From the human T2T-CHM13v2.0 reference genome, Homo sapiens: DNA of 64,000 nt. Under the pieces are notes generated by a model, which did not search any database, was not told the DNA's origin, and worked only from the letters and a program-made list of their open reading frames with translations. Position 1 is the first letter of the stretch. Each line of letters starts with the position of its first letter. Below are positions 15,006-31,411 of the stretch, one piece after another. A program made the translations under genes and the position numbers. The stretch lies in NCBI RefSeq assembly GCF_009914755.1, contig NC_060933.1; one strand, 5' to 3'.

Positions 15006-15742
15006 TGTAACCTCCTGATGGGTTCTTCCCGCCTGCTGCACAAAAAAAATCAATTCACAGAGACCAGGGCATTGCAGTAAAGGAAGAATTTAATTGATGT
15101 GAAGCCAGCCACACCACACAGGAGGTGGAGTTATTAAATCAAACTCATCAAAAGCTTGTAGGTTAGGGTTCTTTCAAAGGTAATTTGGGGGAAGTGATGA
15201 GGGTGGCTAGGCAATGGCTGCTTTCTGCTGATTGTTTTGGGGGTGCAATCTTAACATGGGAAAATATCCTGCTCTGTGCTGAATGGCTTCTGCTTCTGCA
15301 TGGGGCCACATGAGCAGTTGGTGGGTTCAGAAGGCACCATAATTGGTGCCAAACACGCAAAATATCTGAAAGGCTATCTCAAAAGGCCAATCTTGGGTTC
15401 TACAGTAGTGATGTTATCTGCAGGAGTAATTGGAAAAGTTGCATATCTCGTGACCTCTGGAATAATGGCTGGCAGTCTTTTATGTCTACCCCTTTGCCGA
15501 ATTCAGGCTCTTCTCCTCCTAGCCTGGTGGTCTCTCATTAGCTTTATAAAGGTGATTGAGTTTTGGAGAAGGACTATTATCATTTAAACTGTAAACTACA
15601 TGTCTCCCAAAGCTAGCCCATCCTAAGCCTGGTAATAATTAAGGCAACATGAAGGTAAAATATAAGAGGGAAGTTGGCTATATTAGATCTTCCCCACTGC
15701 CATAATTTTCTCACTGTTATAATTATTGCAAATGCAGTTTCA
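15006..15742 (-). mobile_element. ERV1 solo LTR (LOR1/LTR8-like)
   Basis: Minus strand starts TGAAACTGCATTTGCAATAATTATAACAGTGAGAAAATTATG and ends GGTTACA; ATAC/ATAT flanks. Confidence 0.8.
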
Positions 15743-16433
15743 ATATGAGTTGTTTTTCAATTCAACCTCTGGCTTTCTAATTAAAAATGATTAGTTAAAC
15801 ACATGTGCATCTTCTTCCTATTCTACCAACATCCTATTGAAATGACCATGTGATGGACAAAAGAGAAGATACGTGTCCATGCTGAGAACAGGATGCAAAA
15901 CCTTCAGCAGACTAGAGGGCAGGAGATGGGAACACACTGGGATGTGTAGCCCAAACGATGCAAAGAACAGAGTTGAGGGTGAGATAGAAACCCCTCACAA
16001 AAGAAAGACACAAACCTAGAATCCCAGGCATGCATCACAAGCAACTGCAGTGCTATTAAAGGGCTGTTTATGGATCAGCTGGGCCAGTCAGCTTCCCTTC
16101 CTCCCATCCTGCAACTTCTGGCAGTAGCTGGCAGCAGTTATTTAAAAGACACCAGCCAAGCCGGTTCCTGAGTGAGTCCAACCACAGTCAGCCCAGGGCC
16201 AGCCTCGTGGCTCCCAATCTGTGGTACTGAGGGTCATGATCATTAATTACATTTCCAATGAAACAATAATTGCCTTTAGTAAACTACAGGAGCATAAGTA
16301 GAAGCGATATTGTAGTAAATGTCTCATATCATTACTTCTGCCAGAAATACCTCTGCCCTTGCATTTTCAAAAGATATTTGCTGCATCCTTTTCTGAAATA
16401 CATTTTTATGATCTCAATTCCTTCAAAACCTAA

Positions 16434-16768
<335 letters not shown>

Positions 16769-17119
16769 CAAAAACCTAACTTTAATTATTTCCCTAGCCA
16801 CTATACTGATCATTTTATTTAGTGCTTTTTTTACACCATTACATATACATATAAGGAAAACTGGCATCTTTTACATATTTATTTATTTTTATCCTGTTTT
16901 CCTCTAAAAACTATTAAGGCAACTTCCAAAATATATTCTACATAATGAGATTAATAAACAAGCAAAGTAACTAAATCAGTAAGAAAATCTAGCTTGGATT
17001 GGTATGGGTTAAAAAATAAATACACAAAATATATCATGATATTTATTTGGTCTAATATAGGCTTCCCATGCACCCCCCTCTCCCCACCGCCCCCAACCCC
17101 CTCCCCACCGCCCCCAACC

Positions 17120-17322
17120 CCCTCCCGAGAGGACAGGGATGCCCGGGTCCGAAGCCATGGCTGGGCAGCTGCCCTTGCGCCTGGGACTGCAGGGCTCCCT
17201 CCCCAGCAGCTCAGAAGCGGCCAGGGCTCCCGCCGGCTCCACAAAGTGCGCCGCCCTGCGGCGCCTCCCCTGCTGCAGCCGGCATCTTGGCAGCAGCCTC
17301 TCCAGATGGGCCGCTGCCATCA
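17120..17322 (-). mobile_element. MER52 LTR 5' fragment
   Basis: Minus strand begins TGATGGCAGCGGCCCATCTGGAG, the same start as the element at 53283. Confidence 0.8.
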
Positions 17323-17650
17323 ACACCACCCAAACCGGTAATGTGGCTCAGCCAGTTCTGCGATCCCACCCAGGAACAGAAGGCAGCAAGAAAACCTCAC
17401 TTTGATCCCCCTGTGATTCTATCTCCAACCTGACCAATCAGCACTCCCCGCTTCCTGAGCCTCTGCCATATTACCCTTAAAAACTCTCATCCCAAACGCT
17501 CGGGGAGACTGATTTGAGCAATAATAAAACTCCAGTCTCCCACCCAGCTGGCTGTGCAAGAATGACTCTTTCTCTATTGCAATTCCCCTGTCTTGATAAA
17601 TCAGCTCTGTCTAGGCAGGGGGCAAGGGGAACTTGTTGGGCGGTGGTGTA
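17323..17650 (+). mobile_element. LTR8-like 3' half
   Basis: ccaatcagcactcccc...cggggagactgatttgagcaataataaaactcc...gggcaaggggaac. Confidence 0.8.
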
Positions 17651-18658
17651 TATATATTAATATATATGCACTCACACACACAAATATATGTAATATTTGC
17701 AACTGGAAGTAGAACAGGACCTCCTAATACAAAGACGAGCTCCTGTAGCATCAGGAGTCAGCAGCTCCCTGCCAGGTGGAGCCTCCGTTGTGGTCATACT
17801 ATTGAGGGGGCCCCCACCTGAACGCCAGTCCCCGCCCCTGATTCAGCCATTTCGCAGATATTTATTCAGATGTTCCAGGAACTATTCTAAGGGCATCAGG
17901 TGCTGTTCTTGTCACAGGCAAAGAAAGCCCCAAAGGGAAGGTGTCTCTTCCGGCGGTGCCTGCCCCACCTCCAAGCCTGGCAGCTTTCGAAATTTATCTT
18001 AGGACATTTCCGACAGGTGTTGCTCTTCTTCAGCTTTGTCCTGGCATAATTTTGTCTCCCAGGAGCCTTCATTTTCTTCCTTCATTGATCCTACATGTGC
18101 TGTAGCTAACAGGAATTCCTCAGAGCTCGTAGCCTTTGGATAGCGTGGTTTCACGGTTGTCAACACTGATATGTTTATCTATACTTTGAGCTTCGTGTAG
18201 TTTTTCATTAGGATTTTGTGAAATGCACAGGATGATGTAGGCTACAATGGTAGGTTCGATTAGCTATGTTCCTTGATGATTTCACAGTAACTTATATTTA
18301 AATAACCAAACTATTCAGATTTATGCTTCTATGATAAGAGATTTCAGTATTTTTGAATCAAACCATTTTAAGGGTTTTTTTTTTTTAATGAAACACTTAC
18401 TTAAAATGATTACATAACTTTCCCTTGCATGCCACATTTTAGGCAAAATTAACAGCATATTCCTAAAACCCAGCTTACTAAATTGCTTCTCTTCATAGTT
18501 TTTTTTGTTTTTAACCGAGGAAGAATTTCTGATGGGAAGCTTTAATTATAGTGAGCTATGTACTAGCCAAGGAAGGCAATAAATTGAAAATATGCTGTTT
18601 AATTTTATTGTTGTTTGTTTGGCTGGAGAACACTACAGTTTTATTTCTATTCATAAAC

Positions 18659-18887
18659 CAGTGCTTCCCAACCAGGGCTGTTTTTGCCTCCAGGGAAGAA
18701 AATGTCTGGAGACATCTTGGGTTGTCAAAACTGGGGGTTGCTACTGGCACTTAGAGAGTACAGGCTATGGATGCTGCTAAGCATGCCATCTTGCACAGAA
18801 CAGCCTGTACCCTCCCTTCTCCTCTGCAAGAAGAATTAAAAATTATCTGACTCAAAAGGTTAACACTGCTAAGATTAAGAAACTCTG
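18659..18887 (+). mobile_element. MER20 (hAT-Charlie MITE)
   Basis: cagtgcttcccaacc...aatgtctggagacat...tgctactggca...ggatgctgctaa...aagaaactctg. Confidence 0.8.
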
Positions 18888-20799
18888 CCATCGACCAGTG
18901 GAAGTAAAAATTGTAAGGATTTATTATTTCAAATCTATACAGCTTTACCTCACGAGTTTTACTTTTTCTAATTCTCTTTAGGGAAGTTTCTCTTCCCTCT
19001 CATTTTCCAAACGAAGTTGTGATTTTTGGCGTGAACTACTCCACCCCACAGCCCAGCTTCTGCGCTTGAAGATGTTGTGGATATGGGCTCCATGCTTGTA
19101 GTGGCGAACTTCCAGGCCTGTCACATGTCCTGCTACCCCAGACCACTCCATCACATGACCTGTGCATACACCTTACATCATTCTGAAATGCCCTTCACAT
19201 ATGCCCTCTTCCAGAATATAAAACATCTTCCTTGCATAAATACTTCCAAGGAAAGGCTGGCCACACTCTGACTACTTAAACTCCTTGAAGTTTTGTTCTA
19301 TGAAAAACATAAATGGTGGTTCAGCTGGCAGCATCCTCAGTAACACTCTTGATATTTTCTATCCTCTAGTTTTCTCCATCTGTTTGAGAGAACACACTTT
19401 GGGTTATCTGGGGTCTATGCCAAAGGAGGCATTGTGGATAAGTGTGGCTCAGCCTTCCTCAACAAAAAATTACCTTTCAATTCAGGGCAGAAGCTTATGA
19501 TATTAAAACTCATGTGGTTCCTCGAGAATCTCCTTAATACACTTTCCTCGTGAGCCAGGGGTGAGGGTAACTGGCAAAGCAATCAGGTCTTGGCGCCAAC
19601 AAAATCCCATTTCTTCCCTGAAATACAAGGCCCATCAGGACGTGACATCTGTCTGTATTACTTCCTACTATATAATCCCCAGTAACTAGAACAAAGCAGT
19701 TAAACAATATTCAACAGTCAGAAATATATTTATCATATGCTGCTAAAAATACCCTCCATTTTCTAGCTCTCTAATCAGTTAACATGTGCACATTTAAACT
19801 ACATCACAGCATTGGATTTGTTCTATCTGTCTGTATGGATACAATTGTGCTGCTGACAATTTAGTCAAGTGTTTCATCTCTATGTAGACAACCATCATGT
19901 AAGAATTAATGAGAATTTCCTAACATCATGGTGGCAACTGGCAGCTATTGCTCTGAAAATTTCTGGCTCTGAAAAATCTTAGGCCAACATGTTCACAGTA
20001 ATGTTTTAGTTTAAAGAGCTTGGAAATGGGGTTTCCTGGAATGTATTGGAATAAACCATGTATTTTATTCCCAGTTTTGGGAGATATCTGCTTTCCTTAC
20101 GTTCCCCAGGCTACCACCATCCAAAAGCAGAAAAGCCATTTAGGGAACCAAGAGTTTTAGTCAAGCTATTTAACTGTCATCAGAAATAAAGAAAACAAAT
20201 CACCTCTACAGCCTTCTGGGTTAATTTTTATAAGGTGGTTTGTCTTCATTCAGTGGAAAAGAATAATCTTAACTTCAGGTCATTGGCAGGTCAATAAAAG
20301 CTCTAAAGCTAAATTTTCACCAAAATCTCAGTTGAGATAAGTAATATTTAAGGATTATTTGGAAGAATAGGCTCCACTGATTTCTGTAATAACCAGAGAT
20401 TTAATACTGGATTAATCCAGACCATCATATAACTCCATACTCAAGCCATATTGTCTTGATTGCCCAAGAAATTGCTTTTAAGAAATTGTCATATATTTAT
20501 TGTCCAAAACGTGTTTATTATAGGGTTATTGTTGAAGACAATGTCCCCTTTATTGCTTGGTGACTCCAATGAAAGGCCCCAATAAACATTGCTCTCAGAC
20601 TTGATTTTGACAACAAAACCTCTCACATAAAATACTGAAAGTATGAATGTTAGAATTCTTTTTTATTTCTGGGAAGCTGAGATACAAATACAGAAACAAA
20701 ATTCAGTGACATAGATCTTTATCATATCTTGCATGGTCCTCTGAAATAGGAAGAAAACATTAAATTTTAACTTTTGACTTTAGGGTAAAAACATCACTT

Positions 20800-21700
<901 letters not shown>

Positions 21701-22399
21701 ACCTTTGTGCATCACAGCAGGGTCCACCTGCTCTGAGTCCTTATGACATGACGCTATTCTCAGTGTCCTGGTATGTTCCTGTCACTGTACAATGGCTCCC
21801 ATAAGCCCTACTGCTGCCTGGAACAAAGAGAAACTTTGGTTATATAGTGTGTATTTGCATAAAGACCGTTTTCAAAGAGCAAGAAGAATATAAAAGAAAT
21901 AAATCTGTGCCTGTATATAGACTCCCTAAAGCTGTCTCTGGCCTCCAGTTTAAAAACATCTAGAATCTAGCCAGGCCCTTGCCTTTCCTTGAAGCACACT
22001 TATCTGCCTAGAATTAGGTGTAAATAATTTTGTTCTATTACCCACCCCACGATTCTGAAGAACTGGCTCAAATGTACCCAAACTCTGGTACACATTTGTC
22101 AATGCTGCCTCTTACAGGACAAAAAAAAACTGAGTATTTTCTTTCAGACCCTCATACACTTTCCACATTGAAAATGTGGGATATTCTGTATTTCCACAAG
22201 CAGTTCTTTCTCTCTCCTTTGTCTCTCTCCTATTTTTCTTGAAACCCCTACTCTCTCACTCTGTGATTTGTCTAAATATAATAAAGATATAGGTACAAAA
22301 AATATTTTACTTTCCTCTTAATTCTACTATGAGAAGAAAGCATTAAGTTCAATGATAAAGGGCAGCTGGTAATTGAACTTAGGTGTAGGCAGAAAGACA

Positions 22400-24130
<1,731 letters not shown>

Positions 24131-24139
24131 TTAGTGAAC

Positions 24140-24400
24140 ATTTGAAATTAATTGATGGTAAGTTTGATTAATTCTGAGATTTTTAGCAGTATTGTTTATC
24201 ACATAGAATTAACAGATCATTTCTGTATAGCAGGCAAAAATGCATTCTGAGCCACATGTAATAGTTCATCACACAAAATGTTGAGTTAATGCCAGTCAGA
24301 ATGTCTCTCTTCTTCCAGTACAGGGATTACAAAATAATGGCAAGACCTAAGGTCATGTATGCAGTGATGCACTAAGTACCTTAAATAATAGGACATGAGA
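24140..24400 (+). repeat. Copy 1 of a ~255-bp dispersed direct duplication
   Basis: Aligns colinearly with 26457-26715. Confidence 0.9.
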
Positions 24401-26456
24401 TTGCAAGCACAATGCAGTCACTATGAATGAGAAAATTATGTAAGAGCTCAAGTTCATGTGCTGAGGAGGCTTCTGAGAAGCCTTAAAGGATATCTGGCCA
24501 ATTCAGCTGTTACTGGGTTAGACTATTAATTGTCTTATTGCCTTAACTCTCATCAAAAAAAGACTGTTCTGCAGGCTTTTTTTACTGTGGGCAAGTGATT
24601 AACAACACCCCAGCTAGAAAATTCTTCCTGATGTCTGTCCTGAGTCTCTCCTGATCTAACAAGCAACGGTATACAAGAACTTATCAACTCCATCATCAAT
24701 TACAAAAAAAAATTGTTGTCATAATCATAGTATATGATTTAAGGATTTACTAAAATGCAATGGTAGTCAAGCTATCAGAGGATGGAGGAACCTCCGTTTC
24801 ACCATCTGGTTGTTCCTCTTTGTTCCCTTTAGGTTAGTCTGAGCCAAAACACCCAACACTAATCACAATGCTTTGTCCATTTCAGCAGGCATAATTCCTT
24901 ACAACAACAAATAAAATAATTCCTAAGTATTTATTTCATAAAATAAATGTATTAGATATTTTGTCCTCACAAAAATAAGAGATAGAGTCTACTCAAAACA
25001 GTGTTTTGTGTATGATTTTCATAAATTTCAAATTAGAATGTAAAGTTTATCATATCTCTTCCATTTGTTAGGATAGTGTTAGTAACATTTATAAAATCAT
25101 TTTCTTTCTCCTGTACTTATTTGACATAAAATGTGTCATTCTCTGAGAATATAAGATGAAATCATTCCACAGAAGAATTACTTATATTCAGAGTTATTTA
25201 TGTGTAACAGTACTCCATAAATTCCCTTTGAGGGCCTTGTTCCATTCAGCAAGAAGAATGTCTTGATGGTAGGCAAAATTGTACGTAAGTTAAAAGTATG
25301 AAATTTGAATCAAGCTCTGCCATTGAATTGTCACGTGAACCTGGAACAACATAACCTCTCCCTGCCTTAGTTTCTCTATTTATATAATGGTAAGTATAAT
25401 AAAAGTATACTTCAAGGGCTTTTGCAAGCACTATATGAACCAATAGATCTAACACATTTAGAACGGTAACTTGATATTTTAGGCGCCTTGTAAGTTATTG
25501 TTATTATCTGCAATTGTATCTACCCAAAAGCTAGAATCCCTCTTCTTGGCCCCCAAATTCCTATGACATGTCTATAAATATCTTCTAAATATATTTATTC
25601 ATTTTATGCATGCATTTACTTGTATTCTGAATGCCTTTACATGTGCCAGGCATTGTCTAGGTGTTGGAGAAACTAAGACTGACTTGAAGGAGATATTTAC
25701 TTAAAAGAAATAGCTGTAATGGGTATAATTTGCAGAGGGGGAGAACCCTGTGAAAAAGAGAGTAATTAGAAAACTTCATTTTGAATATAAAGAGAAAAAA
25801 CTTTTCTGAGTTCATGAAAGAATTATTGATATCATCAACAATAAACAGCATATGCTAATATTTATATTTCCTAACTATTCTACATACCTATATTTATATA
25901 GATTTCAGCTAACAACTGGGCCTCAGTTCTACTATGACATATTGCTAAAAGCATTGATTATATAAGTTCATATTATATGCAGTGTTTGCATGAGATAAAA
26001 CTTTAAGACAAAAAAATCTGCTCCAAAAAGTGCCTTGGTCTTCGTAGCTTATTCAAGACATTTATTTTATATTCTGCAGACTGTGGAACATCTGTTTATT
26101 AATGCAGCTTTATGATATGTTGTAAATTGCCTTAACAGAAAATATGAAATTGCACATTCGAGCCCAGATTTTCTTTTCATCCTCTTGTGTTCAGCTTGGC
26201 AAAAGGCTGATACTGCCAGAAAAAGAAAGAAAACTTTGTTCAAAATTGAAGTTAATACTTTCTTGGAGAAATAACTACTAACTAAAGACAAATACTTGAT
26301 GAGACTATTTTAATGTATCTATTGTCCTTATTATGTAGGATATAATTTCTTACTTTAACATATGATGATTTTATTTCAAAGCCATTTTGACTGAATGACT
26401 TTCAAGGTTATTTTGAAAATCATAATAATTTAAATACTTAAGGAAGCTAGTCAAAA

Positions 26457-26715
26457 ATTTGAAATTAATTGATGGTAAGTTTGATTAATTCTGAGACTTT
26501 TAGCTGTATTATTTATCACACGGAAGAGAAGATCATTTCTATATAGCAAACAAAAATGCGTTCCGAGCCATATGTAATAGTCCATCACACAAAATGTTGA
26601 GTTAATGCCAGTCAGAATGTCTCTCTTTTTCAAGTACTGGGATAACAAAATAATGGCAAGACCCAAAATCGTGTGTGCGGTGATGCACTAAAATACCTTG
26701 AATAATAACAGATGG
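26457..26715 (+). repeat. Copy 2 of a ~255-bp dispersed direct duplication
   Basis: Both copies start atttgaaattaattgatggtaagtttgattaattctgaga. Confidence 0.9.
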
Positions 26716-26781
26716 GGCCGGACGCGGTGGCTCACGCCTGTAATCCCAACACTTTGAGAGGCCGAGACGGGCAGATCACGA
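26716..26781 (+). mobile_element. Alu 5' stub (about 66 bp)
   Basis: ggccggacgcggtggctcacgcctgtaatccc...gatcacga, then an abrupt end. Confidence 0.9.
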
Positions 26782-27334
26782 ACAATGCCTGGCCCCACAC
26801 TGGAGGGCACAGTGAACCAGGTTCCACTGGCCAAGAGTCACTCGTGTAGGTGTCTCTGAGCTAGGAGATGTGTACTAATTCCTAACAGGCAAGAGTTTAG
26901 GCCGGCATTGGCCATCAGAGAGGATGAGAGAAAAAATTTGTCTTATTTATGGAGCTAGCATAAGAGGAAGCTAGAGCTTTACTAAATGTGAAAATTTAAG
27001 TTGATGTATATTCTACATCCTGAACACCCAGTGACAAACTGATGTTCCAATATCTGTTTATACAACGTGTGTGTTATCATTACACTGGCAAAATGGATGA
27101 TATGTTTGCCTTATTTCAAATCACTAAGTTTTGTATTATGGTGATATACTCATACTGCTTTCTTATCAACTCAGAAATCCATTATACAAAATCCACTTTT
27201 TATGGCCATCTAAATCCTTTATTCAGTACCATCAGCCTGGGACATGTTAATATATTTCTGCTAGACATACCACCCAGACTTGAAATGCATAGGACACTAA
27301 GCACATAGTGGTAGCAGCATGTTTTCCTTTAATA

Positions 27335-28095
27335 AAAAGACATTATTTTGGGAGGCAGTTTTACATTTACAAGAAAATTGAGCAGACAATACAGAGAGTT
27401 CCTTAAACCCTCCTTAGCTCATCATGCCTATTATTAAGATATCTTGCATTCGTCTGGTGTATTTGTTACAATTAATGAGCCAATATTGATACATTATTAT
27501 TATTAACTAAAATTAACAGTTTCATTAAGGTGCACTGTTTGTGTTGTATATTCTATGGGTTTGGAAAATGTGTAATGTCATATATCCACCATGACATTTT
27601 ACAGAATGGTTTCACTGCCTTAAAAGTCCCCTGTGCTCCACCTATTGATCCCTCCTTCTCCCTGCAAATCCCTGGCAACAACTGTACTTTTCATTGTCTT
27701 CATCGTTCTGCCTTTTAAAGAATGTCATATAGTTCGGCTTACACAGTATGTAGTCTTTTCAGATCGGCTTCTTTCACTTAGCGATGGGCTTCTAAGGTTT
27801 TTTTTTTTTTTTCCATGTCTTCTCATAGTTAAATAGTGTGTACCTTTTTATCACTTAATAACATTCTATTGTATGAGTGTACCAGAGTTTGTTTATCCAT
27901 TCACTTACTGAAGTTGCTTCCACCTTTGGGCAATTATGAATAAAACTCCTATAAACATCAATGTGCAGATTTTTGTGTTGACCTCAGTTTTCCATACCTT
28001 TGGTTAAATGCCAAGACACAATTACTGGATCTTATAGTGACAGTATACTTAGTTTTGTGAGAAACCACTTCCCTTCCAAAGTGGCTGTATGGGGT
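27335..28095 (-). mobile_element. L1MC-type 3' end
   Basis: Antisense L1 3'UTR/ORF2 end (gtttatccattcacttactgaag; gtgagaaaccac...ttccaaagtggctgta). Confidence 0.75.
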
Positions 28096-29230
28096 TGTAT
28101 GGGAAATATTTGAATTAACATCCAAATCACACAATCTTTTTGTTACACTTTAAGCATTAAGAGATTTGTTGTCATAGTTACCTTGGGAGTTAGTGGCTTC
28201 TGAGGAGTTGACAAGGGCTCTTGGTAATGTGGTGCATATTAACGTTAACAGGTTATATTAATGAATAAACAATGCATGAACTATGAAATGTAAGACCATG
28301 CAGAGTATATTATTAATAAATAAATAATGATTCTGTACTACGTATTTACCTTTTGACAGAGAGGTGCACAACAAAAACAAATGTTGATATTCTTGAAAAT
28401 TTTGAAGTCAAGTCTCAACAATTAAATATAAATTTTGTCTTTCCATGTAAGTGATAGACTAATGAATCTACAGATTTGCAAGTTTATAAGCCGAAGTGAA
28501 TGAGTGCCTCCTTCTGAAAATTATTATTGGGCTTATGAGTTTATAAGCGCATGCATTTCACCCTGGTTGGCCTAAGCTGGCAATTTCCTCCAAGTGGGCA
28601 TATTAGGAATACCAAATGTCACGAACAGACTGCAAAGAGAGAGAGGAAGGGAACATTTAGCTTCTGACAGCTGAACACAAGAAAAGGGTCCAACCAAGTT
28701 TCCTGGGAAAGCTGGAGGTTACAAACATCAGATGACCAATACCTAACTTCTCTTGTTTATTTTAATTCTTCTGTTTTAATAGATAATATTTCATTTTGAC
28801 ATTTTAAGGAACATTTCTGTGTCTCTGTTCTGGCCCCTGATGTTACCTTTGGAGACTAGGGGGAAGAGAGAGGGAGTAATTAATATATTTATAAGAACAT
28901 ATTTTTGAGTAAGAAGAATATGCATGAGTTAATATTTATTAATATATTTTTATTAATCCAAATATATTCACAAGAAATTATTTATATTTAAGAATATACT
29001 CAATAACATATATGTAAAATATGTTATTCAGGAGTGCGTTCTTAATTCACATGTTCTTTGTGCCACATGTGTCCACTGATTTCTGTGGAAGATTCATAAA
29101 AACGATATGTAAGGTATCCGAACTGCTGAAAACCACAGACAATGAGAAAAATCTCGAAGGCAGCTAGAGGAAAAATTAAGCATTTACATCAAGCATTTAT
29201 CAATGAGAAGAATATATTCATCGGAAGAAT

Positions 29231-29606
29231 TGTATTAGTCCGTTCTCACGCTGCTAATAAAGGCATACCCGAGACTGGGTAATTTGTAAAAGGGAGGTTT
29301 AATTGACTCACAGTTCAGCATGGCTGGGGAGGCCTCAGGAAACTTAAAATCATGGCAGAAGGGGAAGCAAACATGTCCTCCTTCACATGATGGCAGAAAG
29401 GAGAAGTGCTGAGCAAACGGGGGAAAAGCCCCTTATAAAACCATCAGTTCTCATGAGAACTCACTCACTATTATGAGAACAGCAGCATGGAAGTAACCGC
29501 CCCCATGATTCAATTACCTCCCACTGGGTCCTTCCACAACACATGGGGATTATGGGAACTACAAGTTAAGATGAGATTTGGGTGGGGACACAGCCAAATC
29601 ATATCA
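29231..29606 (-). mobile_element. THE1 (C/D-like) solo LTR
   Basis: tgtattagtccgttctcacgctgct...catatca; 5-bp TSD AGAAT. Confidence 0.93.
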
Positions 29607-30310
29607 AGAATATATTTTAAAAATAAATCATTTTATTCAAGAATAAACTCATATAAATATGTTTATCTTTTGCACCATCAGTTTTTCCTTTTTTCTTTTA
29701 GCTTCCATCTGTCAAAGCAGAAAGCCAGGTCAGAGATAGACCAGCCATCCCTTCACATTTGCTGAGACTATGACACAAGAAAATTAGTCAACCTTAAATA
29801 GTTAGCAGAAACAAATTTAACAAAATAGTCATCAGTAAATTGGCCACTCAGCAAAGTGGCTTTGTCAGTGGACCTGGTCGAGAGAGCTAGGACCTGCTGC
29901 CACAGAAACTGCCTTGGTCAGGTGAAACAACCCCACAGCAGTAAGTGTAGGTAGAAAATCAGGACTGAAGCAATTACACATGTTGTCATTGACCTTTCCA
30001 TCTGCAGGGGATAATGCAGTGAAACCCTGCCACCTTTCCACAGGCTAACTCTCAGAGGAATAAAAAAAAAGTCATGTGCAGGTTGATTTGGGCTAACGAA
30101 TGATCTTTCATCATTCAACTTTTGATGTTCAAAAGTATGCTATTATATTTGTGCACATGTGAAATGAAAGAGAAAGGAGCTTGGACACATGAAAACCAAG
30201 GAAAGAAAAACCTAATTTGTTTTACTAATAAAGAATAACAGAAAAAAGGGTAATACCAATTTCACTTGCTTCTATGTCTCTTTTCTATGCCCTCAGGAAG
30301 TACAATTTAC

Positions 30311-30395
30311 CACTTTGGGAAGCTTAGGAGGGAGCATCGCTTAAGACCAGGAGTTCAAGACCAGCCTGGGCATCATATAGATGTCTCTTCTAAAA
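30311..30395 (+). mobile_element. AluJ/FLAM fragment
   Basis: cactttgggaag...ccaggagttcaagaccagcctggg. Confidence 0.7.
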
Positions 30396-30560
30396 GCACT
30401 ACTAATGCAATAAAATGTATTCTCGTTGAAAATTACATCTGCAGAGAATAAAACAGGAAAAATCTGCTGTCTTTTCACACTCAATTGTTTATCTTCTGAT
30501 CTGATTCATCTTGCCATTGTATGTTGCATATAAGTTGTAATAAACTAAAATTTAACATAT

Positions 30561-30943
30561 TGTGGTATATATACACCGTGGAATAGTAGAATACTATGCA
30601 ACTATAAAAAAGAATGAGATCATGTCCTTTTCAGGAACATGATGAAGCTGGAGGCCATTATCCTTAGCAAACTAACAGAGGAACTGAAAACAAAATACCG
30701 CATCTTCTCACCTACAAGTGGGAGTTAAATGATGAGAACACATGGATACATAGAGGGGAAAGACACACACTGGGGCCTACCTGAGATTGGAGGGTGGGAG
30801 GAGGGAAAGGGGTACAAAAAATAACTATTGGTTACTAGGCTTAATACCTGAGTGATGACATAATCTGTACAACAAACCCCTATGACACGCGTTTACCTAT
30901 ATAACAAACCTGCCCATGTAACCCAAACTTAAAATAAAAGTTT
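30561..30943 (+). mobile_element. L1PA (older) 3' end
   Basis: Typical L1PA 3'UTR; AAA(A/G)TTTAACATAT flanking repeat. Confidence 0.9.
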
Positions 30944-31074
30944 AACATATAAATATATATATAGTGGCATTTTGGACAGACATTTACATATAGAGATGCA
31001 TGAATACATAGATCAATAGATGTATGTATTCACGGGTTATTAGGAATGCAAATAGGCATTTAAAAATAGGGTTT

Positions 31075-31411
<337 letters not shown>

